A stretch of 64,000 nucleotides of DNA from Nitrospirota bacterium (GCA_963740085.1 CAVUCU010000004.1:320001-384000); one strand, 5' to 3'. Numbered from the stretch's first letter, positions 9,227-19,036 are shown. The notes: generated by a model not told the origin, from the letters alone. A program made the numbers and translations.

Positions 9227-10194
9227 GTTTCGTTCCCCCTTTCTAATCCCAAGGGTTCTTGCCAACAGGACGCAGGCTGCAGAAGCATTTGATCCTGCTG
9301 AAAGCCCGGAGTGTGCGCGTCGTGCACCGTCGTTGGAATGTGCTGCTGTATTTCATAACCCTCTATATAAATATCATATAAGCCGAATTTACCCCGCAAT
9401 AATTTCTTCATCCGTCTCATCGTATCACGGCCATATCCAGAACCATTCGTCCTGATCCGTGCCACCAGGATGATCTTATCCGGTGAAAGACCCCAGATAT
9501 GTATGTCCTTGATATGATGTATTTCGGGGAAAGTCTGCTGCAGAAATCTGACGATATCATCTGCATCTATGTTTGCAGGACTCCCTTCCATGAGGATCTT
9601 GATGCTGTCCCTGACCAAAAAAAAGGTCGGATACGCTGCCAGGCATCCGATCAGGATGCCGGCAAGGGGGTCCACAAAATACAGATGGGTATACCGTATG
9701 ATGACGGCAGCACCGATGACGCCCACCGAACCCAGAGTATCGTTCAGGATAAGAAGCAGCGCCCCCTTGATGTTAACATCCTTTGAGTAGCGGTAGAGTT
9801 GCACAAGACCGAAGGCATTCGCCATGAGACCTACAACGGCAATCATGAGGACCTTGTCCGCTTCAATGGGCTGGGGGTGCAGGATTTTCTGGAAGGCTTC
9901 CGTAAAAACATAGAACAGGATGAAGCCGACCAATATCCCGTTAAACAGACCGGAAAGCACTTTAGCGCGTTCGTACCCGAAGGTGTTTACCTTGTCCGGC
10001 CGTCGGCGGACGATCCTGGTCACCCATAACGCGATGATCTGACCTGAGACATTGACGGCCATGAACGACGCGTCCGTCACGAGGGCGATGCTGTGATAAT
10101 AAAGCCCCCCGAACAATTCCACGAAGAAATAGGAGATTGTTACAACAAGAACGAGCGTCTGGCCTTTTACGTGCGTTTCTTCTGTCTCGTGCAT
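9223..10194 (-). CDS. Cation diffusion facilitator (CzcD/ZitB-like)
   Basis: SIALVTDA, TFGYERAKVL, DTLGSVGVI, DPL, DIHIW motifs. Confidence 0.88.
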   Translation of the reverse strand: MHETEETHVKGQTLVLVVTISYFFVELFGGLYYHSIALVTDASFMAVNVSGQIIALWVTRIVRRRPDKVNTFGYERAKVLSGLFNGILVGFILFYVFTEAFQKILHPQPIEADKVLMIAVVGLMANAFGLVQLYRYSKDVNIKGALLLILNDTLGSVGVIGAAVIIRYTHLYFVDPLAGILIGCLAAYPTFFLVRDSIKILMEGSPANIDADDIVRFLQQTFPEIHHIKDIHIWGLSPDKIILVARIRTNGSGYGRDTMRRMKKLLRGKFGLYDIYIEGYEIQQHIPTTVHDAHTPGFQQDQMLLQPASCWQEPLGLERGNET

Positions 10195-10221
10195 GGTCCA
10201 CTGACCTTCCGTATAACTTTG

Positions 10222-11421
10222 TTATTCTTTCAAGAGAGAGGCCTTGTCAGTTAATTCCCAGGGCAGTCCGATATCCATTCTTCCTACATGACCGTACGCC
10301 GCGAGTTTACGATAAAAACCACCCTTGATCTGAGAGGGGAGGTGTCGAAGGTTGAACTGGCGTATGATCCCTGCCGGCCTAAAGTCGAAATGCTTCTGAA
10401 TAAGATCGGCGATGTTTTGATCAGATATTTTACCGGTCCCAAAGGTCTCTGCCTGGATGCTCACCGGTCGCGAAAATCCGATGGAATAGCTGAGCTGCAC
10501 CTCGCAGGCGGCGGCAAGTCCGGCTGCGACAACATTCTTTGCGGCATATCGAGCTGCATAGGCGCCGGTCCTGTCGATCCTTGAAGGGTCTTTCCCGCTC
10601 AAGGCTGCCCCGCTGATACGGGAGTATTCACCGTAGGTATCGATCGCGTTCTTTCTCCCGGTCAACCCTGAGTGCATGGCAGGACCGCCGCCGATAAAGG
10701 GTCCGTCGGGATTGATGAAGATCCGGGTGTGCTTATCAGGCTTGATCTCCTCGTCCTGAAAAACAGGACTCAGCACCGTTTCCCGGATATCGTCCTGGAG
10801 CCGTTTGGCATCGGGCCCCCCTTTGGGGGCCGTCCGCTTTTGGCTTGCAATAATGGTAATGCTGTGAACACGCGACGGTCTGCCGTCACGATATTCAATG
10901 CCGACCTGGGTCTTGCCGTCGGGCGCAAGATAGTCGAGCGTCTTCTGAAGCCGCACGGCCACAAGCTTCCTGGCAAGACGATGGGCGAGCCAGATGGGAA
11001 GCGGCATGAAGGCCGCGGTCTGATTGCAGGCAAAGCCGAACACCGTTACCTGGTTACGTGCAAGGATGCGTTCGATAACTTCCTCGGTCAGGGTACGTTC
11101 ATCGACCGACAAACTGCCGCCCGTAGGCACCTCGGTGAGGCTTGTTATGACGCTGCAGGTCTTTGCATTAAAGGCCCGCTCGTCATAGTCGACCTGGCTT
11201 ATGACCTGCCGGGCGATATTGGCATAATCGATCTTGGCCGAGGTGGCAAACCGCGCTGCGATGAAGACAATGGCCGTGGAAACAGCGCACTCGGCAATGA
11301 TATTCGCATAAGGGTCCTGCTGCAGAACATGATCGACGATCGCATCACTGATGATATCACAGAGCTTGTCAGGGTGGCCTTCGGTAACTGATTCCGAGGT
11401 GAACATGAAGTCCGTTTTCAT
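10222..11421 (-). CDS. metK: Divergent methionine adenosyltransferase paralogue
   Basis: FTSESVTEGHPDK, PDGKTQV, GLTGRK, SGKDP, AAYGH retained; GAGDQG signature absent. Confidence 0.85.
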   Translation of the reverse strand: MKTDFMFTSESVTEGHPDKLCDIISDAIVDHVLQQDPYANIIAECAVSTAIVFIAARFATSAKIDYANIARQVISQVDYDERAFNAKTCSVITSLTEVPTGGSLSVDERTLTEEVIERILARNQVTVFGFACNQTAAFMPLPIWLAHRLARKLVAVRLQKTLDYLAPDGKTQVGIEYRDGRPSRVHSITIIASQKRTAPKGGPDAKRLQDDIRETVLSPVFQDEEIKPDKHTRIFINPDGPFIGGGPAMHSGLTGRKNAIDTYGEYSRISGAALSGKDPSRIDRTGAYAARYAAKNVVAAGLAAACEVQLSYSIGFSRPVSIQAETFGTGKISDQNIADLIQKHFDFRPAGIIRQFNLRHLPSQIKGGFYRKLAAYGHVGRMDIGLPWELTDKASLLKE

Positions 11422-11448
11422 TGGGCACTCTCCATGCGCGATGCCTGC

Positions 11449-14400
11449 TCAGGTAACTGCGAAAACTTGATTTCCGTGCAATAACGGAACCGGTGTCGTT
11501 GAACTGCCATTCAGCGCAAACGGCGGAGCAGCTTTCTTCTTTGTCGCTTCATTGATGAGCAGCGGAGCGACAGCGGTCCCGATCGAAATCGCCAGGTCAA
11601 AGGGATTCAGCGGGCCCATTCCCAGGAAGCTCCGGAGGCCTGGAACGAACAGGGTAAGCGACTGTACTCCCAGCGAGGCTGTCAGGGCGACGGTAAGATA
11701 GTTGTTCGGTGCGAGCCGGTCAGCCTCAAAGATGCTATGGGTCTCGGAACGGTGGCTGATCGCGTGCAACAGCCCTGCCGTTACGAAGTTTGTGAAGGCC
11801 ATGCTGCTGGCCTGGGGACCCTGCCCGTAACGAAGGACACCGTAGCCGTATGCAGCCAGCGTCCCCGCAGAGATGGTGGACGCCTCGAAGAGAAGCCGTT
11901 TGAAGTCAGACGAATTGATAAGCTGCTCCTCGGGACTTCGCGGAGGCCGCAGAAGCACGTCGGGTTCAGGGGGCTCTTGGGCAAGGGCTATGCCGGGGAA
12001 GATGTCAGAGATCATGTTGATCCAGAGAAGCTGCATGACATTGAACGGCTGTCCCATGCCCGCGGCAAGAGAGGTGAACATGATCATGATCTCGGCCGTG
12101 TTCTTTGAGATCATGTATCTCACGGATTTTCGGAGATTGTTGTAAATCGTCCGCCCTTGGCTGATGGCCACGACCATGGTCTCGAGATTATCATCCTCGA
12201 GAACCACGTCCGCCACCTCTCGCGCCACATCGGTTCCCGTGTGACCCAGGGCGATCCCGATATCGGCTGCCTTGAGCGCGGGTCCGTCGTTGATGCCGTC
12301 TCCGGTCATGCCGATGACCTTTCCCGCTGACTGGAGCGCCTGGACGATCTGAAGTTTGTTTGCCGGGCTCACTCGTGAAAAGACATGCACCCGCCCGGCC
12401 AGAGCCTTCATTACCTCTGGTTCAAGCTGTGCGAGGTGAGTGGAATCAAGGATCTCCAATTCCTCGTCATTGCTGAGATTAAGTTCTTTCCCGATGGCAT
12501 AGGCAGTGGGACCCTGGTCCCCGGTAATCATCACCGTGTCGATCCCCGCTCGGTGGAACGTACTGATCAGGTTCTTAACACCCTTTCGCACCGTATCCGC
12601 CATACCGACGAGGCCGACCCAGACAAGTCCCTGCTGGAGGATCTCTTCGCTTTTTCTTGTGCTTTCGTCGCTCACCGCGTAAGTGACGGCAAGAACCCGG
12701 AGCGCTTCGCCGGCCATACGTTCATTATTCGCTTCGAAGACCGCGCGGGCATTGTCGTCCATTTCCAGTTGCCGGCCGTCCTTGATGTACCATTTGCATA
12801 GTGACAATACATCGGAGGGACTCCCCTTGAGGGCCAGAAGCCGCTGCCGGTCATTCGAACGGTGTATGGTGCTCATATACTGCCGGTCTTCCGATCGGTA
12901 GTTCAACTTCACGATCGGGTGCTGGGCCCGAAGCGAGTTGACATCCACACCGGCGCTGAGCGCAAGGTTCACGAGGGCGTTTTCCGTCGAGGAGCCCTCG
13001 ACGACGTAATCTCCTTCCAATTCTGATACTATCGATTCATTACAAAGCACCGACAGATGGAGCAGACGGAGGACATCCTCGTTCGTATAGGGATTGATGT
13101 TTTTCCCTTCCGCCATGATCCTGCCGTCAACAACATCGAGACGGCGCATGCCGGCATGCAACTGGACCACAGACATCTTGTTCATGGTGATTGTGCCGGT
13201 TTTGTCAAGACAGATGGTCTCGACCGAACCGAGCGTTTCGACGGCGTCAAGGTGACGGACGAGCACGTTCAGTCCCCTCATGCGCTTGATGCCGAGCGCG
13301 AGGGTCGTCGTCGTAACGGTCGGTAGCCCCTCAGGCACTGCGGCCACGGCCAGGGCAATGGAGGTCTTGAGCATCTGGAGAAAACCGTAACCGCGCAGAA
13401 TGCCTACAATGAACACGATGCCGCATACGGCGCAGGTGATATACACCAACTGGACCCCCAGGTGGTCCATCTGCCGTTCCAAGGGCGTATCGGGCGGCCG
13501 CGCCTCTCCCACCATGGTCTGGATCTTTCCGACCTCGGTAAATCGCCCTGTAGCCACGGCGACGGCGAGGCCTTGTCCTCCCGTGACCAGTGTGCCCATA
13601 TAGACCATGTTGGTGCGGTCGGCAAGGGGGATGTCCGGCACATGCAGTTCTTCGGTGGTTTTCATTACCGGCATGCTCTCGCCCGTCAATGCGGACTCAT
13701 CAATGCTCAGGTATTTTGCCTGTATGAGACGGGCGTCGGCCGCAATATAGCTTCCCGGTCTCAGTACGAGCATCTCGCCGGGAACGACCTCCTTGGCATC
13801 AATGGTCGTGATGACTCCGCCGCGGAGCACTATTGACGAAGGCTGTACGAGGCTCTTTAACCCATGGATGATCTTTTCCGTTTGGTTCTCGGTGTAATAC
13901 CCGATGGAGGAATTAATAACGACCACCCCCATGATCACGACGGCATCCGCAAATCCGCCTGTAGCAACGGAAATGCCCGCGGCAACACCAAGGAGAGCTA
14001 CGGGAAGGGACTTGAACTGATCGAAGAACATGCTCCAGCCGGAGCGGGGAACGGATTCGGGCAGAATGTTGGGACCATATTGGATGAACAAAAGACGGGC
14101 TGCTTCTTCGGACAGGCCTTCTGACGCCGAGGTGCCCCATCGCTGCAGCACATCCTTCCCTTCCATGCAGTGCCATTGCTCTTCCTGCTGGTCTTCGGCA
14201 TTGGCAACCTGTTTGCGAACGGTCCGCAGGCTAGGCGTTTTCTTGCCAGCAGTGGTAAGGTCGGGAGAGACGTCGGCGCGCACGGGCCGGACAACAACTG
14301 TTTCTTTCTTCTGCGACACAGCAGGGAACGGGTTTTTCTTCCCCTTGACCGGCTTGCCATTTTTGCGTTCGACTACGGACTTCAGGAGGGAAGCTACTGC

Positions 14401-14595
14401 TGATGCATGGTTGCCGTTCTGTGAATCGAACAGCACGAGAACGCTGCCCGTGAGGGTATTGATCGAAACGCTCAGGATCCACTTGTGCTGTGTGAGATGC
14501 TGCTCGATCCGCTGTTTCAACTGCTCTGAGCGATAAAGACCCTCTACCTTATAACGGGCCCGCCCTTTTACCGACGTATGAACGGCTTGGACCAC
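11449..14595 (-). CDS. Type IIA (Ca2+-type) P-type ATPase with N-terminal HMA2 domain
   Basis: TGES, VAAVPEGLP, DKTGT, GDGIND, TM5 SKNTAE, TM6 QLLWINMISD; N-terminal HTSVKGRARYK..NTLTGSVLV. Confidence 0.92.
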   Translation of the reverse strand: MVQAVHTSVKGRARYKVEGLYRSEQLKQRIEQHLTQHKWILSVSINTLTGSVLVLFDSQNGNHASAVASLLKSVVERKNGKPVKGKKNPFPAVSQKKETVVVRPVRADVSPDLTTAGKKTPSLRTVRKQVANAEDQQEEQWHCMEGKDVLQRWGTSASEGLSEEAARLLFIQYGPNILPESVPRSGWSMFFDQFKSLPVALLGVAAGISVATGGFADAVVIMGVVVINSSIGYYTENQTEKIIHGLKSLVQPSSIVLRGGVITTIDAKEVVPGEMLVLRPGSYIAADARLIQAKYLSIDESALTGESMPVMKTTEELHVPDIPLADRTNMVYMGTLVTGGQGLAVAVATGRFTEVGKIQTMVGEARPPDTPLERQMDHLGVQLVYITCAVCGIVFIVGILRGYGFLQMLKTSIALAVAAVPEGLPTVTTTTLALGIKRMRGLNVLVRHLDAVETLGSVETICLDKTGTITMNKMSVVQLHAGMRRLDVVDGRIMAEGKNINPYTNEDVLRLLHLSVLCNESIVSELEGDYVVEGSSTENALVNLALSAGVDVNSLRAQHPIVKLNYRSEDRQYMSTIHRSNDRQRLLALKGSPSDVLSLCKWYIKDGRQLEMDDNARAVFEANNERMAGEALRVLAVTYAVSDESTRKSEEILQQGLVWVGLVGMADTVRKGVKNLISTFHRAGIDTVMITGDQGPTAYAIGKELNLSNDEELEILDSTHLAQLEPEVMKALAGRVHVFSRVSPANKLQIVQALQSAGKVIGMTGDGINDGPALKAADIGIALGHTGTDVAREVADVVLEDDNLETMVVAISQGRTIYNNLRKSVRYMISKNTAEIMIMFTSLAAGMGQPFNVMQLLWINMISDIFPGIALAQEPPEPDVLLRPPRSPEEQLINSSDFKRLLFEASTISAGTLAAYGYGVLRYGQGPQASSMAFTNFVTAGLLHAISHRSETHSIFEADRLAPNNYLTVALTASLGVQSLTLFVPGLRSFLGMGPLNPFDLAISIGTAVAPLLINEATKKKAAPPFALNGSSTTPVPLLHGNQVFAVT

Positions 14596-14650
14596 GTACG
14601 ATTCCTCCCCATCTGAAATGGAAGCCGGTCACAAGCCAGGCAAGAACTGA

Positions 14651-15379
14651 TTAAGCCCGTTGCGACTTCGGCAGGGCGGTGCCAGCGACTTCTTTCACGC
14701 CTTCTACAACGCCGACCAGCATGTCCTTGACCGCCTTGACGGCTGTGTTGCCGATCAAAGATGCCGCATCGATCGCGCCCGTGACAGCAACCTTTGCAAC
14801 CTCCTCTGCATTCCCACCGACTTCCTTCGTGGCTTCGATCACGCCGTCTACGGCCCGCCGGGCAACCATGGCTACATCCGCACCGACCTCGGCCGCACCC
14901 TTGACAGCTCCTCTGACGGTCTGGCCTGCAACGGAAATCACGTCGCCGCCAACATCGCTCACTCCCATGATCACCCCTTTTGCAACGCTCTTGGTGCTCA
15001 GGATGAGGCCGGTGCCGACCTCTTCAGTAGCCTGAATGGCGCCCTTGACCACATCTTTCGTGATGTCAATTGCTTCGCCGGCGACCATGCCGGTTGCCCG
15101 CAGCGAATTGGAAACGGTGTTCCTGACAAGGCTGACTATCTCTGCTTCGATCTCGTTGATCCCCTTGAGACTGCTCACGACGCCCTCTTTCACGGTAGAG
15201 CCTGCTTTGCCGATGTCCTGGGCTGAAAATACAACTTCCGTGGCCTCTGCGCTTGTCATGTCTGTTCCTCCTCTTGTAGTCTTCGTTGTTGAGACTAGAT
15301 CATCCGATTTTGATGACGTGCCGCGCGGACTACGTTTCACGGACTTCTTCGTCGGCGCTTTTTGTTTTTGGTCACTCAT
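14651..15379 (-). CDS. Ala/Gly/Val-rich protein with ~22-aa amphipathic helical repeats
   Basis: Repeats KGAIQATEEVG / KGVIMGVSDVG / RGAVKGAAEVG / DGVIEATKEVG / TGAIDAASLIG; strong RBS at both 15379 and 15259. Confidence 0.75.
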   Translation of the reverse strand: MSDQKQKAPTKKSVKRSPRGTSSKSDDLVSTTKTTRGGTDMTSAEATEVVFSAQDIGKAGSTVKEGVVSSLKGINEIEAEIVSLVRNTVSNSLRATGMVAGEAIDITKDVVKGAIQATEEVGTGLILSTKSVAKGVIMGVSDVGGDVISVAGQTVRGAVKGAAEVGADVAMVARRAVDGVIEATKEVGGNAEEVAKVAVTGAIDAASLIGNTAVKAVKDMLVGVVEGVKEVAGTALPKSQRA

Positions 15380-15556
15380 AGTGTTACTCCTCCCAAGGTT
15401 TTATAATAATCGCATTACATTTTGTAGCCGGGTAGTTTGATAATTCCGGGGAACGGACTTCTGGTAAATGCCGGATTGTATTGCTTCTTAATGCCTTCGG
15501 AGCTAACAAGGCGGACACAGATGGAAGGGTTCCCGTCTTTCTCAGTGCTGCCAACG

Positions 15557-16045
15557 TTATTTCTTTTCGCCTTCTTTCACTATCTTTGAGTGGAGATTAT
15601 AAGCGTACCAGTACGCCGAGGACCACGGGATGGCCCCTCCATTCCCCGTCAGAATCTGCGCACTACCCGCCACAATCAGGGCTGCAACTGCAAAACCGCG
15701 CAGATCCATATCGCCGTCCGTGAGGTTCTGTATCTGCCGATCAATGCGCTTGAACGTCTCGCCAAGGTTTCGGTTAAGTTCTGCAGGGCGTACCCTGGAA
15801 CTCTTTTGTTCCTCTAAGGAAAAAAGATCCCCCGACCTTGCATACTCCGCAATCTCACGCACTGTCGTTTGGTGAAGCAAGAGTATACTCCCCGTACCCG
15901 GGTTCACCTCGATGGAGAGAACACCCGGACAAGCGGCAAGCTGATCCCCGTATGACTTCAGTGCCGCTAGGTTGCCTTTTTGTGAGGGGACCCTGATCCG
16001 TAATCTCCCGGTTGAAGTATGGGCGATGACGGCAGCCGGGATCAT
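15557..16045 (-). CDS. HMA2-domain membrane protein (FezC-like architecture)
   Basis: HTSTGRLRIR, NPGTGSILL, C-terminal hydrophobic hairpin ending PWSSAYWYA. Confidence 0.78.
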   Translation of the reverse strand: MIPAAVIAHTSTGRLRIRVPSQKGNLAALKSYGDQLAACPGVLSIEVNPGTGSILLLHQTTVREIAEYARSGDLFSLEEQKSSRVRPAELNRNLGETFKRIDRQIQNLTDGDMDLRGFAVAALIVAGSAQILTGNGGAIPWSSAYWYAYNLHSKIVKEGEKK

Positions 16046-16392
16046 GACGTGGCTGGCCTGGGCCTGCGTTTGGAGATTGCAGCCGTTACTGCAACCGGTG
16101 CCGCAGCCGGTGCCGCAACCGTGTCATTCACCGCTTCTGCTGCAGCCGCAGTCGTCTCGGCCAGTTCCGCCTTAGCTTCAGCCACAATATCTTCCGTAAT
16201 TTCAGCGATCTCGGCAAAGGCTTCCTTGCCGCGTTCATACATCTGCATACCTCCTTTTATCGCGGCTTTTGCCAGCGGCTTTGCGATCGTGGCAAACAGA
16301 GGAATGACTACGGGCGCCAGTACTGCGGCGCCGATACCGATTGCCAAACCGGTAATAAGACTACCTTTCAATCCACTATCTAACAGTCCCAT
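16042..16392 (-). CDS. DUF5132-family protein
   Basis: GLAIGIGAAVLAPVVIP..KPLAKAAIKGG..YE..EDIVAEAKAE; ATGA overlap with the next gene. Confidence 0.78.
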   Translation of the reverse strand: MGLLDSGLKGSLITGLAIGIGAAVLAPVVIPLFATIAKPLAKAAIKGGMQMYERGKEAFAEIAEITEDIVAEAKAELAETTAAAAEAVNDTVAAPAAAPVAVTAAISKRRPRPATS

Positions 16393-16503
16393 AATAGCAT
16401 GATCTCCTTTCTATAAAATTAATTGTAGTACTACAATGATGCAAAGTCTATCTTCTCTTTCATTACTTACCTACTAGTACTTGAGCAGCCAGTTCATTGC
16501 GCA

Positions 16504-16899
16504 TTACGCTTCAACACGGTTTTTTTTTGGTGCTTTCATGCGTGCCCTGGAGCCAGTCTTTGAACGCTTTGCAATGCTCTTGCCCTCGAGTATCCCGATC
16601 TGCGCTTCAAGGTCCTTGATTCGGGCCATGATCTCTTTGACACCTGCATTGAGAGCAGGGTTTTTGGCTTTGGCACTGCTTATGAGAACATACGTCTTGG
16701 CGCCGAGGTCGGTAATCGCTTCGTGGATCCGTGTCTTGAGTGTCAATACCTTGTACTGACGTTTCTTTTCTTTCGTGAGTTCCCCGGCTTTCTTCTGCAT
16801 CTCGACGGCGCCTTGTTTCACTGCCGCCATGCTTTTTTCCAGCCCTTGTTGCACGTCTTTTTTTATCTTGTTCCAGTTGAAGCCTTCCAAATATCCCAT
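16504..16899 (-). CDS. Hypothetical coiled-coil protein
   Basis: 131-aa basic helical ORF with GGAGG RBS. Confidence 0.65.
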   Translation of the reverse strand: MGYLEGFNWNKIKKDVQQGLEKSMAAVKQGAVEMQKKAGELTKEKKRQYKVLTLKTRIHEAITDLGAKTYVLISSAKAKNPALNAGVKEIMARIKDLEAQIGILEGKSIAKRSKTGSRARMKAPKKNRVEA

Positions 16900-17272
16900 T
16901 CGGTAACCTCCTGTAGTATGGAATGCTCAATTCATAAGTTAGAAGTATAGCACGCAAGAGTGTTTCTGGTAGTGAGATCATTAATAAACTTAAGGATGAA
17001 GTAAAAAAATAGCAGTGAGTGTATAAAATAACAGACAACTTGAAATGTAAATCTGGGACAAGAGCAAAAAATCTTGGACACGGATAAAGATGGAGTTTGT
17101 TATGAAAAGGCTGGATTACGTTATTGATTCATCCGCTTTGGTCACGGCCTGTTATCTGATTTTCTCCGTCGTGCCAGCGCTTATGAGTGTGTGTGCGAGG
17201 CAGGGTGTGTCAAAGATCTATTTTTTTGTCTGCTGCTGAGGGCCGCACCATAATCTTGGTATAATAGTATTT

Positions 17273-17953
17273 ATGGCTGCCGAAACAAAGCGTGACAGGA
17301 CTGAATGGGTGATACTGCTGCACGGCCTGGGCCGCTTCAGGCAATCCATGCGCAGGCTCGAGCAGCATCTGAAAAGCCGCGGCTATTCGACCATAAACCT
17401 CGCCTATCCCTCGACAACCAAATCGATCGAGACGATCGCCGAAATGCATCTTGCAGGCGCTGTAGATGTTTGTCAAAAGCAGGGTGCGGGGAAAGTCCAT
17501 TTCGTCGGTCACTCCCTTGGTGGCATTATCGTCCGTCAGTACTTGCAGCAACATCCTGTGCCCGCAGGCAGCCGGCTCGTTATGCTCTCATCGCCCAACC
17601 AGGGCAGTGAGCTCGCCGATCTGCTCATGCATGTCCCTCTCTACCGATGGATTATCGGACCGGCCGGACAGGAGCTCGGCAGGGGACCGGAGTCGGTGGT
17701 CAATCGCTTGAAGCCGGTCGGGATCGACATCGGCGTGATCGCGGGTAACTTGAGCATCAATCTTGTGTCCTCCGTGTTTATGGACGGCCCTCATGATGGC
17801 ACAGTTTCGGTGAAGAGCACCATGCTTCCGGAGATGAGAGACTTCATCGTCGTCCACAACACGCACACGTTTATTATGAGAGACCCGCTGGTAATGAGGC
17901 AGGTCACACATTTTCTCAGGCACGGCAGGTTCGACCACAGTGGGGCGGGATGA
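17273..17953 (+). CDS. Alpha/beta-hydrolase (esterase/lipase-like)
   Basis: LLHGL oxyanion motif, GHSLGG nucleophile elbow, DGTV, HTFI. Confidence 0.85.
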   Translation: MAAETKRDRTEWVILLHGLGRFRQSMRRLEQHLKSRGYSTINLAYPSTTKSIETIAEMHLAGAVDVCQKQGAGKVHFVGHSLGGIIVRQYLQQHPVPAGSRLVMLSSPNQGSELADLLMHVPLYRWIIGPAGQELGRGPESVVNRLKPVGIDIGVIAGNLSINLVSSVFMDGPHDGTVSVKSTMLPEMRDFIVVHNTHTFIMRDPLVMRQVTHFLRHGRFDHSGAG

Positions 17954-18233
17954 ACTGAATAGTAGCATCATTTGACACACAGTAATTTATATGTTGAAAA
18001 TGCTCAGCGTGAGATCGTCATGAAGCCGACAATCAAATTGAAATTATATATCACAATTCCCTGTGACTTAAAAGTAGGGATTTAATGATTGCTGCACTAC
18101 TATTACGTGTGCTTATGATAAAATAGAAAGAAAGGTCTCCCGGCGATTTCTTGGGTAAAAGGGAGATAAAAATTAAGACCGTCGAAACGAAGGTCATAGC
18201 TTGCGGTACTATATTAAATTAAGGAGTCGAACA

Positions 18234-18794
18234 ATGACAAACTCATTAACAACGGTACTTGAAAAAGTTCAGAACGGCCTTGGACAGGGCGGGGTTTTAG
18301 ATCAGGTCGATAAAATATTTCGGAAGCAGCAAAGAATCAATTTATTTGAAAAGCTCGAAAAGATCGATAATAAAGAGGTAGATAATTTCCCCGTCTCTCT
18401 TTATAAGAGCATCACGCCAAATGGCAAAAAACAGCCTGCCTTATTGCGCTTTTACCTTCCGTCCTGGAAAGGTCACGACGAGATCTTTTGGCACTCGCTC
18501 GGCGATTATGTTATTCTCGCGCTTCACCGGGTGACCGACGTTGACTTCGACAGCTCCAGAGGCCGGATGAAGGTGGCATATTTCCCCAAGATAAAAGGCC
18601 GGACAAAACACCCGGACGACATCAGGGTCGTCATCCAAAAAATTGCCTATCTTGTGGATACCGAAGCTTTGCCGACAGACTTTACCCGCTTCCGGCGCAT
18701 GACGGAACGACGAGGCAGTTTGGGCGAGATGAGCAAGTTCGAGGCCGCGGTACTAGGAACAATAATAGCGGAAGTTCCTACGATCTTAAGGTAG
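18234..18794 (+). CDS. Hypothetical protein
   Basis: AAGGAG RBS before ATG 18234; no recognised motif. Confidence 0.6.
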   Translation: MTNSLTTVLEKVQNGLGQGGVLDQVDKIFRKQQRINLFEKLEKIDNKEVDNFPVSLYKSITPNGKKQPALLRFYLPSWKGHDEIFWHSLGDYVILALHRVTDVDFDSSRGRMKVAYFPKIKGRTKHPDDIRVVIQKIAYLVDTEALPTDFTRFRRMTERRGSLGEMSKFEAAVLGTIIAEVPTILR

Positions 18795-19036
18795 AATATG
18801 AAAAATCAGGATTATTAGCAATACGATCAAAGTGGCTTTATCTTTGCTAAGATTTCCCGATCATTGCAGCATACAGTGAGAGGCGGATCAGGCATTCATC
18901 ATGAGGATATTCAGGACATCAATTGGGCAATGACCGTGCGTTCATATTATTGATGAAAATCATTCTGCACTGCCTCGCAAAACCCTCGATGACTGCTGAA
19001 CCCGCAACGCAGACCTGATCCGAGACTGTCAATAAA

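Noticed and set aside
15397-15420. Minus-strand Pho box before the 22-mer repeat gene
   Set aside because: Single TGTAAT half-site; no 11-bp phased partners
14651-16392. Magnetosome or gas-vesicle genes
   Set aside because: No recognisable MamA/K/E/Q or GvpA motifs; DUF5132/HMA2 architecture fits better
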